Positions 12,680 through 26,387 of a stretch of DNA of 64,000 bases are shown piece after piece. Under the pieces are notes generated by a model. That model searched no databases. It was not told where the DNA came from and saw nothing but the letters and a program-made list of their open reading frames with translations. The DNA is taken from the NCBI GenBank assembly GCA_051294375.1, contig CM119266.1, forward strand, positions 24,758,312-24,822,311. The letters are read 5' to 3'. Every line of letters starts with the position of its first letter. Positions within the stretch are counted from its first letter, which is position 1. This DNA is from Paraspadella gotoi. Taxonomy: Eukaryota > Animalia > Chaetognatha. The position numbers and the translations under genes were made by a program.

Positions 12680-14695
12680 AGAGAGAGAAGAGAGAGAGAG
12701 ACGTGGGTTGGTGACACACGAGCTTAAAGAAGTTTTAGCCGAGAAGACGAAGGTTGAGGAAGGAAAATGTTCAAGGCCTTCTCTCTTTGAGGAAGTTTTT
12801 AGTGGAAGTATGAGGAGAGAGAGAGAGAGAGAGAAGGAGAGAGAGAGAGAGAGAGGAAAGAGAGAAGAGAGAGAGAGAGAGAGAGAGATGGATGGATGCC
12901 AGATGCCAGATGGATGGTGACAGAAAGGCGGGTTAGAACTAAAGTTTCTCCTGTTTTTAAAGCAAAAAAAATAAGTTTATTAAAAAAAGTACACAAAATA
13001 TAAAAGAATATATTAGGAAATGAAAATAAAACGAAAAAAAATGAAAGAAGGAAAGAAAGAAAGAAAAGCAACGAAAGGAAAAGAAGAAAAAGAAAAGAAG
13101 ATAAGAAAAAAACATGGCGCGAATAAAGAGGTTCATTAAAAGATCAAGCCGCTAAGTAATAAGAGTTGTTACCAAGTCAACAGAGGGAATGTTTTGGTTA
13201 AAGGATTACGAATTGGCCGAAAACCCTTCGAATACGAATGGGAAAAGAAACGAAAAAAAGAAAAGAAATGAGAAAAGAGGATAAGGAGGAGAGACACAAA
13301 GAGAGGTCGTGAGGGAAAAAATGGCGGCTCAATGTTTTCGTTAAATAGCTGAGGATTTGTTGTTATGAGTCGTTGGCTGGTACAGGTTAGTACGAGGGGC
13401 CTTGTTTTATATGATCTTTCTTGCCTTTCGTCCGTCTGGGTCTTCGTCGCAATGTTCTCGTTCTCTGTGCGTCTGAAAATCATCCGTCTCTCTCATCTCC
13501 ACATCCTTCTTATGCANNNNNNNNNNNNNNNNNNNNNNNNNAAAAATCTTCGCATGTAAAACCCTTTCCATATTCGTGGTTGACCCAGTGTGATTGAGGG
13601 GCGGGTGAGGATAAAGAAGAAAAAAAAATATTTATCGTTGGGATCGCGAGAACAAAAGCGAGAAATAAGTCAGGGAGAGAAAAAAACCGGGAACCTGATT
13701 TAAACTGGAGTGGGAAAGAAAAAAAAAACAAAAGGGAAAATTACGGAAATTTTTATGATATTAAGATAAAATGACATTGAACCAAAAGTGTATATATCAC
13801 AAACTGGTTGTACCAATTTCATATAATTTAGCTCCTTGTATTTTGATGCTAGTGCGGAATACAATTTAGTATTCCCCGATCTAATTCTTAACGGAGAGGT
13901 GTTTTTATACAATTGAAACATTCTTTGAAATATTATAGTATTTATACCACAGGGAAGCCAGGTACTTTGGAGGTGAATAAACGAGACAGTAAGAGAGTCT
14001 TGATTGAAAGCTTGCAGGGACCTGTTATCTTACAAGAGTGATGGAGACCTTAAACCACCAAAGCCTGTCCAAAGTCAGGGGCAAGATAGGCTATTTATTA
14101 AATGAATGGATAATTTTTATATTGGTTGTACCAATTTCATTTCATATCATACAAACAGAAACAAAATAGAGTTTTCAACCAATTTGTTTCGATTTAGTAG
14201 AACTTCAAACCTAAAAGTCAAAATATTTTATCAATTCCGTTTAAAATACTGTCAATTTTTTTAATTTTCTTACACTGACGAAGCATTACTTATAATTTCA
14301 TCGCTCATTTTAACTTATTTTAATTTTTTTTATATAAACCACTAAATAAGGTCCACTAAGTTTCACCTCGAATATTTAAAATATTTTTTTTCTCGTTCGT
14401 CTCTCAATTCCATCTCTCGCTTTCTTCGATTCGGCCGTTTAGAGAAGGGGAGGGTGAGGGGTCGATGGAAAAGGGGGTAGAGGAGCCAGAAAGTGGTGGA
14501 GCGGAGAAAGTGGGGCCGGAGAGGCGCGTGGAAATAAAAACGAAAGGGTACTTCATTCCCCCTCCCCCCCTCGTTCCCCTCCACGAAAGGCGCAAAAGTA
14601 CGATCACATTTCTAAACTCTGCTCTTCTCCTCTCTCCAGTCCTCCTCCTCTCTCTGCCCTCTCTCTCTCTCTCTTTCCTCTCTCTCTCTCTCTCT

Positions 14696-14731
<36 letters not shown>

Positions 14732-14971
14732 TCTCCTCTCTCTCTCTCTCCTCTTCTCTCTTCTCTCTCTCTCTAGCGAGACCCCAAAAACCTGAAAACG
14801 GTCCGAGAAGAGTTTTATCCCGGCTTTAGCTTCTCCATTTTTAATGGCTACATAAATAAAATGAATTTGCCCTTCGGCCCTCCTCCCGGACCGAAATTAG
14901 ATTTAAAACGCGTAATTTTAGGGAGAGAAGTGACGGGAAGTCCGGCCAGAAGAGGAGAGAGAGAGAGAGAG

Positions 14972-15027
<56 letters not shown>

Positions 15028-16410
15028 AGGATGAATGGTCGTGGCCTCGCGCGAAAATGTTTTCCGCCATTGTTTATTTTCTCCAACGCCGCGAGTTTAT
15101 TTTGTTTTCGCCAAATTTCATGATTTGTTTTTTTGGGGTCAGATGAGAAGCGGCGAATCGAGAGGACGCCGCCGCTGGAGGGCGTTTGGGGAGGAACCGA
15201 CGGAGGAGACAAAAAAAAACAAAGGGACAAATAAAAATGAAAACAAACGTTAAAAATTTTCTATTCTGGCCGAAACTGAGGTCGACGTCTCATATCATCA
15301 ACGATTGCGTGATACTTTTAAAGAGAATCGTCCCGCAAAAGAAAAAAGTCTCGCTCTCCAGTCCGCACGTGGAAAAGACATCATTGCCTCCAGCAAAGAA
15401 ATCCAGAGATATGCAGCCAACAATGCGAAGCACTAACCGGCCAGGCCCGCCCATAAATAGGCCGGGGAGAGAGAGAGAGAGAGGGAGACGAATCGGAGAG
15501 AGAGATGTATAGAGGTTGAGAGAATCCGAGGTCCAGCACATAGCAGAGTGAGTAGAGAGAGAGAGCTGATTCTGACGAGATGAGAGAGAGCAGAGTGAGA
15601 AGGTGAAGGAGACGAGAGATCGCGAGACCGTGTTGGCGTTGCGTTGACTGACACACGAGCGCTTAAAGAAGTTTTAGTCCGATGAAGACGAAGAGGTTGA
15701 AGGAAGGAAAATGTCAGGCTACCTTCTCCTCCTTTGAATGGAAGTTTTAGTTGAATATATGAGAAGAGAGAGAGAGAGGAGAGAGAGAGATAGGAGACGA
15801 GAGATACGAGGAGTGGGAGAAATGAGAGAGAGAGAGAGAGCGAGCAGCGAGAGATGAGTCGGGCAGAGATGTATTCGAGATAGGGAGAGAGGAGAGGAGA
15901 GAGATGATGATGGTGTGACAGAAGAGGCGGGTTCAGATACTAAAAGTTTTATCCTGTTTTTTAAAGCAGAAAAAAAATTAAAGTTATTTAAAAAAGTTAC
16001 ACAAAATATTTAAATAAAGAATATATAGGAATGAAATAAAGAAAAAACATGAAAAGAAGGAAAGAAAGAAAAGAAAAAGCGACAAGAAAAGAAAAGATAA
16101 AAAGAAAGAAAAAGAAAAGAAAATAAAAAAAAACATTGGCCCGAAAAATAAAGAGGTTCATTTAAAGATCAAGCCTCTAAGTAATAGGAGTTGTTACCCC
16201 AAAGTCAACAGAGGGAATGTTGGTTATTTAAGGATTACGAGTTGGCCCGAAAACCCTTCGAATACGAATGGGAAAAGAAAAAAAAAAAAAAGAAAAAAGA
16301 AAAGAAAAATGAGAAAGAGATAAGGAAGGAGGAGGAGAAACCAAAGAGAGAGGTTACGTGAGGGAAAAAAAAAAAAATGCCGCTCTTATGTTTGATTAAA
16401 TAGCAGGATT
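10595..16410 (+). repeat. Tandem direct duplication of about 2.8 kb (10595-13360 and 13542-16410) across a 25-N gap
   Basis: aaaaatctt..gcatg..aaacc.tttccatattcgtggttgacccagtg begins both copies; near-identical ORF translations at 11489/14363, 11555/14465 and 11933/14841. Confidence 0.92.
11045..11225 (+). repeat. Interspersed repeat fragment (also 13976-14140 in the duplicate and a diverged copy at about 57760-57940)
   Basis: aataaacgagac..aagcttgcagg.ac..aagagtgat.ggag..ttaaaccacca..gcctgtc..aagtca.ggg..caagatag..tggttgtaccaatttcat is shared at loci with unrelated flanks. Confidence 0.65.
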
Positions 16411-18966
16411 TTTTTTTTCTTGCTTACATATCATTTGTGTGTGGGGCATGTCGTATGTGGCGTGAAAAAATAACCATATTTAAAATCGAAGAGAGAGAGA
16501 GAAAGAGATGAGAGGAGGAAGAGAGAGAGAGAGATGGAGAGAGACAAGAGACAGAGAGATGAGAGAAGGAGAGACCGAGGAGAGGAGAGAGAGAGAATTC
16601 ATTTTTAAACAAGGTTTTCCTCCGTGGTTAATCGTTCCTGCGCTTTTTCCCTTCTTTCTCAAACAAGACTCGTCATGCACTCGCGTTCCGTTTTTTTTTT
16701 AATCAAGAATCAAATTTGTTTTCATGTTTTTTCTTTTTTAAATCGTTTTGGCCTTTTTGTTTTTTGGAGGAAAAAAAAAACGTTTGAACGAATCTGAAAA
16801 GAAAACAAGAGATTCGAATGAAGGGAAATTTGAAAGGTACGTGATCCTTGAAAAGGAAAGAGAGGAAAGAGGAAATGGGCAGTGGGGGGGAGAAGGAAAG
16901 AAAGAGGATGTAGAAGAAAATGGAGGAGAATGGTGATTTAGGAGGTTTGGAGATAATGAGAGAAGAAAAAAGAAAAGAAAGAGAAAAGAAAAACTTTTTT
17001 TCGGAGAAAGAAAAAAAGAAGAAAAAGAAAAGAAAAAAATGAAAGAAAAGGAAAAGGAGGAATTAAAGTGGATAGGATGGAAAAAGAAAGAAAGGAAAAA
17101 AGGATTAGAATAAAGATTAAAGTGATAAAATATATGAGGTATGAAGAGATGGGGAGAAAGGATCAAGGGGAGATGAAAAGAAAAGAAATATACCAAAGAA
17201 AAATAATGAAGAAGATAAAAGAAGAGAAAAAAGAGAAAAGAAAGAAGTATAATAATAAAGAAAAAAGTATAAAAAATGAAACAAGAAAAAGAAAAAAAGA
17301 AAAAAAGAAAAGAAAAAAAAGAAAGAAAAGAAAAAAGAAGGAAAAAAGCCCAAAAGGAAAACGATGTAATGGAAGTGGGGGGACCGAGAAAGGATAAAAA
17401 AAATGCTATTATTAAATTTCGAATGTCTGTATATAATATTTTAGTATGATTTCCAGCAAAGTTACACACGCTTAAATTTAAAAGAGAAAGGTAAAGATAA
17501 TAGCAAAAGAAAAGAAAAGAAAACGGAAAGAAATAAAAAAGAAAAGAAAATAGAAAAGGATTAAAGAAAAGAAAAGAAATAGAAAATGTGAAAGAAAAAA
17601 ATAATAAAAGCCAAAAGGAAATAACGCAACCTGGAGGAGAAAAAAATGCTATTAAATTATACTATTATATTAGTACGATTTCCAATTACACGCTATTAAA
17701 TTACGTTACTAAATATGTAAGGAGACAAACCCAAGATAAAGAGATTCCAAAACAAAGCGAAAGAAAAGCAAAGGAAAAAAAAGGAAAAAGGGAAAAAGGA
17801 GGAAAGGAACTTAAAAGCTGAAGATGGCGTCTTAACATTTCCCAGTTTTGTCGCCAATTCCGCTCTCGTGGCAGGTTTATGGCTTTCTGGGGCAAAACGT
17901 GGAACTGGGTTAGACTCTTGACGGTTTGAGACAGAGAGGTTTGGGGCCAGAGGAGGGGGCGGAGAAAATGGGAGGGAGAAAATAGAATTAAGAGTGGAGG
18001 ATAAGGAAAGAGTTGGAGGGTAGAACGAGAGAAATTAAAAAAATAGAGAATAAAAGATAAAGAGAAGATAGAAAGGAAGAAAAGGCAGGTGAAAAGGGAG
18101 GAAAACGAATGAAAAGAAAATAGTAAACAGAAGATCAAAGCTGCTAAAAAAGACAATATTTCTTGTAAATGGAACGTAGCATCGCTAAGCCAATCACGGA
18201 TCGATAAATCATTAAGCTATTGTTTTTGCGTGTGGCAAAAGCAATACTGTCAACGGAGGTCGGTTCAAAATTTACTACGGCCAAAGAAAAAAATAGAATC
18301 CCGAGATGAATCCTAATATTGGGTTACATTCATTTCTTATCATTGTATTCTGTCTCTGTCTCCAAGGGTCCAGCCTCTTCTTTAAAAATCTAAAAACTAA
18401 TACAGGTCCGGAGCCGAGATTGATGGCGTATCGTCTTCTCTAAGATGGATTCCCTTCAAAATAAAATATTCCTTTTTTTTTCATTTTTTTTGTTTCATTT
18501 TATTTCATTTGTTTTCTTTTTCTTTTTCAATAATCGGAGGAATGATGAAGGCCGGGAACTGTTCGGTTCCGGAAATCGTTGTCTCTTGCTTTCTTCCAAA
18601 AAAAATGGTTTCGGACTGAGCGAATCGCGGAGTTCAAATAAGGATATCGTCATCATGTTGAGTCGTTGACAGAGTTTCTAAACCAATGTGCAAACATGAT
18701 GTGCTAACTTTGTTTTTAGACCGCTTTGAAACTGAGCTTTAAAAAGGAAAAAAATAACACATTAAAAAAAGAAAATTAAGAAAAAAAATCCTTTTTTCTC
18801 TGGACATTCGAGACGAAATCAAATGAGTCTAATTGAACGAATCATGCGAAAAACAAGAGAAGAAACATTTCGTTTCGCAGAAAAAAAGAAAAAGAAAATG
18901 GCGACCGCAAATGATTCCTTTATACAAAGTCGATAGTTCAGTCGATTGCGAATTAAACAAAAAGGG

Positions 18967-21745
18967 ATCGGAAAGTCTCTGGTTCAAGTCCAGCCGCTTT
19001 AGTAAAATGCCAAAAGAAACTACAATTAAAAAATGAATGAATCTACCTCCAATTCAAAGGCCTCCTACTTAATTTAAATGTATTTTCCGGCTCTACTACA
19101 ATTTACTGCATTTAAAGATATCTCTAGTTAATCGCTTTTACTCCAATGACTGCAAGAACAATGTCACGAAACCACATGGACGACAACGACGGACACAGAC
19201 GACAACGACGACGACGACGTGACAGGGACGGCGACGACCTCGTTATAAAGGTTTTTCGTCCACGAAAGACTTCGGTTTACGATGATCTATCGTAAGAGTA
19301 GTAAAACGGAGACGGGGTCGTCCCACCGTTGGCCTCCGTCTCCTGTCCCACCCTATCAATCCACCTCGCACCTCCTGGCCCCACCCACCTAGCCCCCTCC
19401 CCAAACGGGCGGAGATTTATTCGGTCGTACAGAATAAGCGGCAGGATTTCGTCATAAGCAAGAAATAGAAAATCGGGGAGGAGAGGGCCGAAAAAGACCA
19501 CGTCCAATTACTGATAGTCATTTCCAAAATTAATTGTTCTTATGACGAGTAACAATGTTGGGTAAGGCTGGAAAACGAGGAAAGAGNNNNNNNNNNNNNN
19601 NNNNNNNNNNNNNNNNNNNNNNNNNNNNNNNNNNNNNNNNNNNNNNNNNNNNNNNNNNNNNNNNNNNNNNNNNNNNNNNNNNNNNNNNNNNNNNNNNNNN
19701 NNNNNNNNNNNNNNNNNNNNNNNNNNNNNNNNNNNNNNNNNNNNNNNNNNNNNNNNNNNNNNNNNNNNNNNNNNNNNNNNNNNNNNNNNNNNNNNNNNNN
19801 NNNNNNNNNNNNNNNNNNNNNNNNNNNNNNNNNNNNNNNNNNNNNNNNNNNNNNNNNNNNNNNNNNNNNNNNNNNNNNNNNNNNNNNNNNNNNNNNNNNN
19901 NNNNNNNNNNNNNNNNNNNNNNNNNNNNNNNNNNNNNNNNNNNNNNNNNNNNNNNNNNNNNNNNNNNNNNNNNNNNNNNNNNNNNNNNNNNNNNNNNNNN
20001 NNNNNNNNNNNNNNNNNNNNNNNNNNNNNNNNNNNNNNNNNNNNNNNNNNNNNNNNNNNNNNNNNNNNNNNNNNNNNNNNNNNNNNNNNNNNNNNNNNNN
20101 NNNNNNNNNNNNNNNNNNNNNNNNNNNNNNNNNNNNNNNNNNNNNNNNNNNNNNNNNNNNNNNNNNNNNNNNNNNNNNNNNNNNNNNNNNNNNNNNNNNN
20201 NNNNNNNNNNNNNNNNNNNNNNNNNNNNNNNNNNNNNNNNNNNNNNNNNNNNNNNNNNNNNNNNNNNNNNNNNNNNNNNNNNNNNNNNNNNNNNNNNNNN
20301 NNNNNNNNNNNNNNNNNNNNNNNNNNNNNNNNNNNNNNNNNNNNNNNNNNNNNNNNNNNNNNNNNNNNNNNGGAAAGAGGGGCGGGGGTAAGAAGGGAAG
20401 GAAAAAAAAGCGATGGGGAAACGAAGGGAGATCAAAGTGAGGGAAGTGAGTTTAGACTCTAGAAAGTCGTGAAAGTATGGAAAGCNNNNNNNNNNNNNNN
20501 NNNNNNNNNNNNNNNNNNNNNNNNNNNNNNNNNNNNNNNNNNNNNNNNNNNNNNNNNNNNNNNNNNNNNNNNNNNNNNNNNNNNNNNNNNNNNNNNNNNN
20601 NNNNNNNNNNNNNNNNNNNNNNNNNNNNNNNNNNNNNNNNNNNNNNNNNNNNNNNNNNNNNNNNNNNNNNNNNNNNNNNNNNNNNNNNNNNNNNNNNNNN
20701 NNNNNNNNNNNNNNNNNNNNGAGGGCGGAGGTCGCAACTCGGAAGTCGAAGCAGATGGAGATTTTGGTCGCCGCGAGGAAAGGAGATTTGGGAGGAAAAG
20801 AGAAGAAAAGGGAGAATAGGCTTTGGGTAGAAGAGGGAAGAAGGAAATGATAGGAGAAAAAGTAAAGATGCAAATGAGACAGAATTTGGAGGAAAGGAGA
20901 GAAAAGTGAGAAGGGATGGAGAGGATATGGCGAATTCGTTGATGGAAAAATTTAGTGATAAATTAGGGACGGAAAGAAGAAAAGATTTAAAAAAGGATNN
21001 NNNNNNNNATCGGAAAGTCTCTGGTTCAAGTCCAGCCGCTTTAGTAAAATGCCAAAAGAAACTACAATTAAAAATGAATGAATTCTACCTCNNNNNNNNN
21101 NNNNNNNNNNNNNNNNNNNNNNNNNNNNNNNNNNNNNNNNNNNNNNNNNNNNNNNNNNNNNNNNNNNNNNNNNNNNNNNNNNNNNNNNNNNNNNNNNNNN
21201 NNNNNNNNNNNNNNNNNNNNNNNNNNNNNNNNNNNNNNNNNNNNNNNNNNNNNNNNNNNNNNNNNNNNNNNNNNNNNNNNNNNNNNNNNNNNNNNNNNNN
21301 NNNNNNNNNNNNNNNNNNNNNNNNNNNNNNNNNNNNNACGACAACGACGACAACGACGACAACGACGACGACGACCGATGACAGGGACGGCGACGACCTC
21401 GTTATAAAAGGTTTTTCGTCCACGAAAGACTTCGGTTTACGATGATCTATCGTAGGTAGTAAAACGGAGACGGGGTCGTCCACCGTTGGCCTCCGTCTCC
21501 TGTCCCACCCTATCAATCCACCTCGCACCTCCTGGCCCCACCCACCTAGCCCCCTCCCCAACGGGCGGAGATTTATTCGGTCGTACAGAATAAGCGGCAG
21601 GATTTCGTCATAAGCAAGAAATAGAAAATCGGGAGGAGAGGGCCGAAAAAGACCACGTCCAATTACCTGATAGTCATTTCCAAAATTAATTGTTCTTATG
21701 ACGAGTAACAATGTTGGGTAAGGCTTGGAAAACGGAGGAAGAGGG
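18967..21745 (+). repeat. Direct duplication (18967-19586 and 21009-21745); second copy follows a 10-N gap
   Basis: atcggaaagtctctggttcaagtccagccgc and the following ~600 bp recur; ORF text DFLFLAYDEILPLILYDRINLRP occurs twice. Confidence 0.9.
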
Positions 21746-23163
21746 TATCGGGTCAGGCTTAGCCAGAGACCGAAAAGGAATAGGAAAGGTTCAACCTAAT
21801 GGCCAGAAAAGTAAAGCGAATATAAGGCTTAGTCTCCTTTTCTTTGGGATCAGAAATTGAAATGAAAAAGGAAAGAGTCTGAGGTTTGGATCAAAGAATT
21901 GGTAAGGACCTCCGGGTCCGTAGTGTACTCCTACTCTTTGTCAAGTTTCTTATGTCATTTTTTGTTTCATTTTTCTCTCTTTTGTTTATTTTGTTTCTTT
22001 CTCTTTTTTTAATAATTTACGTTTCTTATTTTCTTTCTTTTTATTTTTTTCTCCCGTTTTTTTTTTTCGATCTCAAGTTCGCGTGTTACACCGAAGGGAG
22101 TTCGTCTCGCCAAAGGTCGAGGGGGAAGGAAGTAAGGGAGGAAGGTGGGTGGGAGGAAGGTGGNNNNNNNNNNNNNNNNNNNNNNNNNNNNNNNNNNNNN
22201 NNNNNNNNNNNNNNNNNNNNNNNNNNNNNNNNNNNNNNNNNNNNNNNNNNNNNNNNNNNNNNNNNNNNNNNNNNNNNNNNNNNNNNNNNNNNNNNNNNNN
22301 NNNNNNNNNNNNNNNNNNNNNNNNNNNNNNNNNNNNNNNNNNNNNNNNNNNNNNNNNNNNNNNNNNNNNNNNNNNNNNNNNNNNNNNNNNNNNNNNNNNN
22401 NNNNNNNNNNNNNNNNNNNNNNNNNNNNNNNNNNNNNNNNNNNNNNNNNNNNNNNNNNNNNNNNNNNNNNNNNNNNNNNNNNNNNNNNNNNNNNNNNNNN
22501 NNNNNNNNNNNNNNNNNNNNNNNNNNNNNNNNNNNNNNNNNNNNNNNNNNNNNNNNNNNNNNNNNNNNNNNNNNNNNNNNNNNNNNNNNNNNNNNNNNNN
22601 NNNNNNNNNNNNNNNNNNNNNNNNNNNNNNNNNNNNNNNNNNNNNNNNNNNNNNNNNNNNNNNNNNNNNNNNNNNNNNNNNNNNNNNNNNNNNNNNNNNN
22701 NNNNNNNNNNNNNNNNNNNNNNNNNNNNNTTTCCACCTTGGAACGTATTCCATCTTTCCAATGGAATTTCCAACTTCGAATCGGTCATCTTTTTTGACAT
22801 TCTCTCGAAATCAACCAAAATTTCCTTTGAGAAGAAAATCGTCTTCATCAAAATCGTTTTTATTGCTTTCAATTCTNNNNNNNNNNNNNNNNNNNNNNNN
22901 NNNNNNNNNNNNNNNNNNNNNNNNNNNNNNNNNNNNNNNNNNNNNNNNNNNNNNNNNNNNNNNNNNNNNNNNNNNNNNNNNNNNNNNNNNNNNNNNNNNN
23001 NNNNNNNNNNNNNNNNNNNNNNNNNNNNNNNNNNNNNNNNNNNNNNNNNNNNNNNNNNNNNNNNNNNNNNNNNNNNNNNNNNNNNNNNNNNNNNNNNNNN
23101 NNNNNNNNNNNNNNNNNNNNNNNNNNNNNNNNNNNNNNNNNNNNNNNNNNNNNNNNNNNNNNN
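19587..23163. other. Cluster of assembly gaps (19587-20371, 20486-20720, 20999-21008, 21092-21337, 22164-22729, 22877-23163)
   Basis: N runs. Other sized gaps at 2493-2682 and 4511-4739; 25-N gaps at 6553, 13517, 25887, 48145, 55150 and 59174; 10-N gaps at 6782 and 52425. Confidence 0.98.
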
Positions 23164-24012
23164 TTTGTTTTCCTTTTTTTCCTTTTTTTTTATTTAATTT
23201 TTATCTCCTCCCATCGACCGAAATTAGTTGCGCGCGTCATTAGTTCGATTCCGTCAAATCGCGGCTTCGTTTCGAGACAAGTTCGAGGAGAGAGGCTGCT
23301 GCGGGTGGGGGCGAGGTAAGGGTGGTAGGAGGAGAGAAAAGTTAGGGCAGTCGGACTCGGATATCGTTTGGGAGCTTGGGACTGATCAATGGAAATCGGG
23401 TAATGGTAACCTTCTGTTTATATTTTTAAATTTTTTGAGAAGTGGTCGGGATATTTTGTGCAGGGACGGTAATTTTAGGAGGAAAGTGGAATCTTGTGGT
23501 CAGAACTCAGAAGGATATCAGTTTCTCTGGTCCTCGACTTTCAGATGAAAAGTTAATCCGGATCAACATCGTTTTTTGATTAGAGAGGAGAAGGGAGAAA
23601 ATTAAGCGATTGGAAAAGAAGGGCGGAGTGTGAAAGGATAGTCTACCCTCGTTACGGTCCCTTTTTGGATGCAATGATATCTACAAAATGCTCTCTTCCT
23701 CTCAAAACATTATTTTTTCCTCATTTGTTTTGTTAATTCATTATTTATAACTTTTTATAAATAATTAAAACAAATTACAATTTATGCATTCTATTTACGT
23801 GTTTGTCTGCCATTTTGTACGTGATGTTTTAACAGTTTGTTGTTAAGGAAAAAAACGCATATTATGGTAGGTAAGAATGATAAATACAGGAAATCATTTT
23901 TCGGGATTCGTTTGAGGAAAGAAGAAAGGTCCGACAGAGAGAGATTAAGAACAGAAGAGCAAGATAATGGAAAACTAGAAAATTTAAACGAAAGGATTTA
24001 GAAATGAGAAAA

Positions 24013-24045
<33 letters not shown>

Positions 24046-24499
24046 AGGAAGAGAGAAATGTTGAAGAAAGGAGAAAAGAAAAGACATTTCTGTCCAACGC
24101 AAAGAGAAAAGAGAAAGAACATCGACGAGTCTCGTGGAAATCTAATCGAGCGAAACATCTCAAGATTCTCAATTGGATTAAGTTACTATGAAAACAACGC
24201 GGGCTGAACGAGGCGGGGGATGTGGTAAGGAATTACTATCTCGGTCGCATACGGGTAAGGGGTTGCGAGGTTGAGCGGACGAAGTTTATTATCTGAAAGA
24301 AAAAGGTTTTTTTTTATTAGACTATGTTAATTGGAAAGGAAAAGATCAATAATGAAATATTGAACCGTTTGGACATTTATGGAGAAAGCAGTCTTTTCTT
24401 TTTGATCCAACGCATGAGTCTTCAATCCACAGTCCTCACCACAACAGACTTTTTTTTTGTGGACCTGAAATCAGACAAAAGATCTGCGGTTCTTCCAAA

Positions 24500-24880
24500 C
24501 CGCGAGTCTGCCTCCGGTCCAGACGGAGGGCCGGGAGGGGCAATGGGCTCGGGGGGGGGGGAGGGCCTCAAAAGGAGAGGGAGAAGGAGCAGAGGGCCGC
24601 GGGGGGGAGTGGGGAGTGGATGAGATTTTATGAGGAATCGAGGCCGAACTAGTCTCGTGTCGTGTTTTTGACTCCATCTTGACGCATCTGAGATGCCGAG
24701 TGCGAAAAATAACGACGCCAATGTTGATGCCGCCGCCGAGGCCGCCGCAGCCGCTGCCGCCGCCACCATTGACTCCCAACGCCAAAAGGCGCTGTTATTA
24801 TTCTCAACGCCATTGTTGTTGATTCCCATCCCCTCGACGTTTTGTTTTACCCTGTCATATCGTCTTGTGGCCGCCATATG
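24500..24880. other. GC-rich, coding-like island of unknown identity (possible exon or 5' region of an unidentified transcript)
   Basis: GCC-rich poly-Ala/poly-Gly stretch open on both strands, with composition like the Maf exons; no recognisable domain. Confidence 0.25.
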
Positions 24881-24889
24881 TCTGTCATC

Positions 24890-24975
<86 letters not shown>

Positions 24976-26306
24976 CTCCCACTGGGTCATCCCGGGACTC
25001 CTCTGTTCCTGCCTCTTGTCCTGCCATCGGTGGGAGGGACAAAAGCGAAGTTTGTGGCTCGCCTCTGACCCCGGACGACATGAGCAAGAAATCGCAAGCG
25101 ATAACAACAACAGAGACGACGACAATGACGACGACGACGCGAAAAAATCCAAACCACAAATGCAACAGGAATCTAGATTGGAGACCAAAGACGAAACCTT
25201 TGGCCCAAACGAGGGGAAAAAAAGTAGAAAGGCCGAAAGGCAGAAACGAATCCAAAGCTTGAAAAAAAAATAAGCCCAAGGCCGAATAAACGAAGTTTGG
25301 GCCAAAAAAAGATTCCAAGAATCTCAACGATGACGTCACTCTAAGAATAACATAAACGAAAACAATTGGACACGACTTGGAATCCAACACTCAACGTCAA
25401 TGTACGCTTTTTTTTTTGTAAACATTTCCGAAAAAAAAATTGAAAAAATTATAACCGAAATGAATTCGTAAATTCGTGCGGTTTTTACAGCGGTAATTTT
25501 TTTTTTTTTCGGGAGGACTGTGCCTTCGGATATGATATACGGAGGCAGTGAGTGGAGGAGAAATAAAATTCGCGTAATTGTAAAACATAATTCTCATTGG
25601 CGCTGTTCGTGTCCGTGCTTTCGTTCTCGCTCTCTCTTCGTCTCGCTCTCTATCCCGCTTCTTCCATCCCCGCCCCCTCTCTGGCTCCCCTCCCTTCTAC
25701 CCCGGACGGACGGTCGCGCCATTAATATTCTATTATGTTCTCGGGACTCTCGGCTCTCGGTCGGGCTGTCATTTTGTTTGATGTCGAACGCTGTTGACAT
25801 TTTGTTTCTCTTGTTTTGTTTCCATTTTCAGGCGAAAATTTGTTTTGACGCCGTGGTATTAATGTCTGGGCCTCGTGCGCGAGAAGNNNNNNNNNNNNNN
25901 NNNNNNNNNNNGAGAGAGAGAGAGAAGAAAGAAAGAAAGAAAGAAAGAAAAAGAAGAGATAGCCGAACGGATGAAGAAGAAAGAAAGGAAAAGAAAGAAT
26001 TGAGTAAACTCAAGTAAATACAAAAAGAAAGAGAAAGAAGAAAAAAATAATAAAAAGAAAAAAGAAGACCCGAAAGAAAAAAAGAGAGAGAGAGAGAGAG
26101 AGAAAGATAAGAAAAAGGAGGGAAAGAAAGAAAAGGATCGGGGTAGGGCGGGTGGAAAAAGAAGAAAATAAAAAAAAAATTAAAAGAACTACTCGACTCC
26201 CTCCAAGAGACTCGAAATTACGGCGTCAAAGGGAAAAAAAGAAAAATAACAATCGCATAAAAATAAAAGCTTAAAAGAAACGGAGAAACAAACAACTTGC
26301 CCTCGT

Positions 26307-26387
<81 letters not shown>

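Noticed and set aside
19277-19507. Protein-looking ORF MDVVFFGPLLPDFLFLAYDEILPLILYDRINLRP, seen twice
   Set aside because: The repetition comes from the local duplication; it is short, shifts frame between copies and matches no family I recognise.
19530-23243. Long ORFs of 200-450 aa
   Set aside because: They are open only because they run through N gaps.
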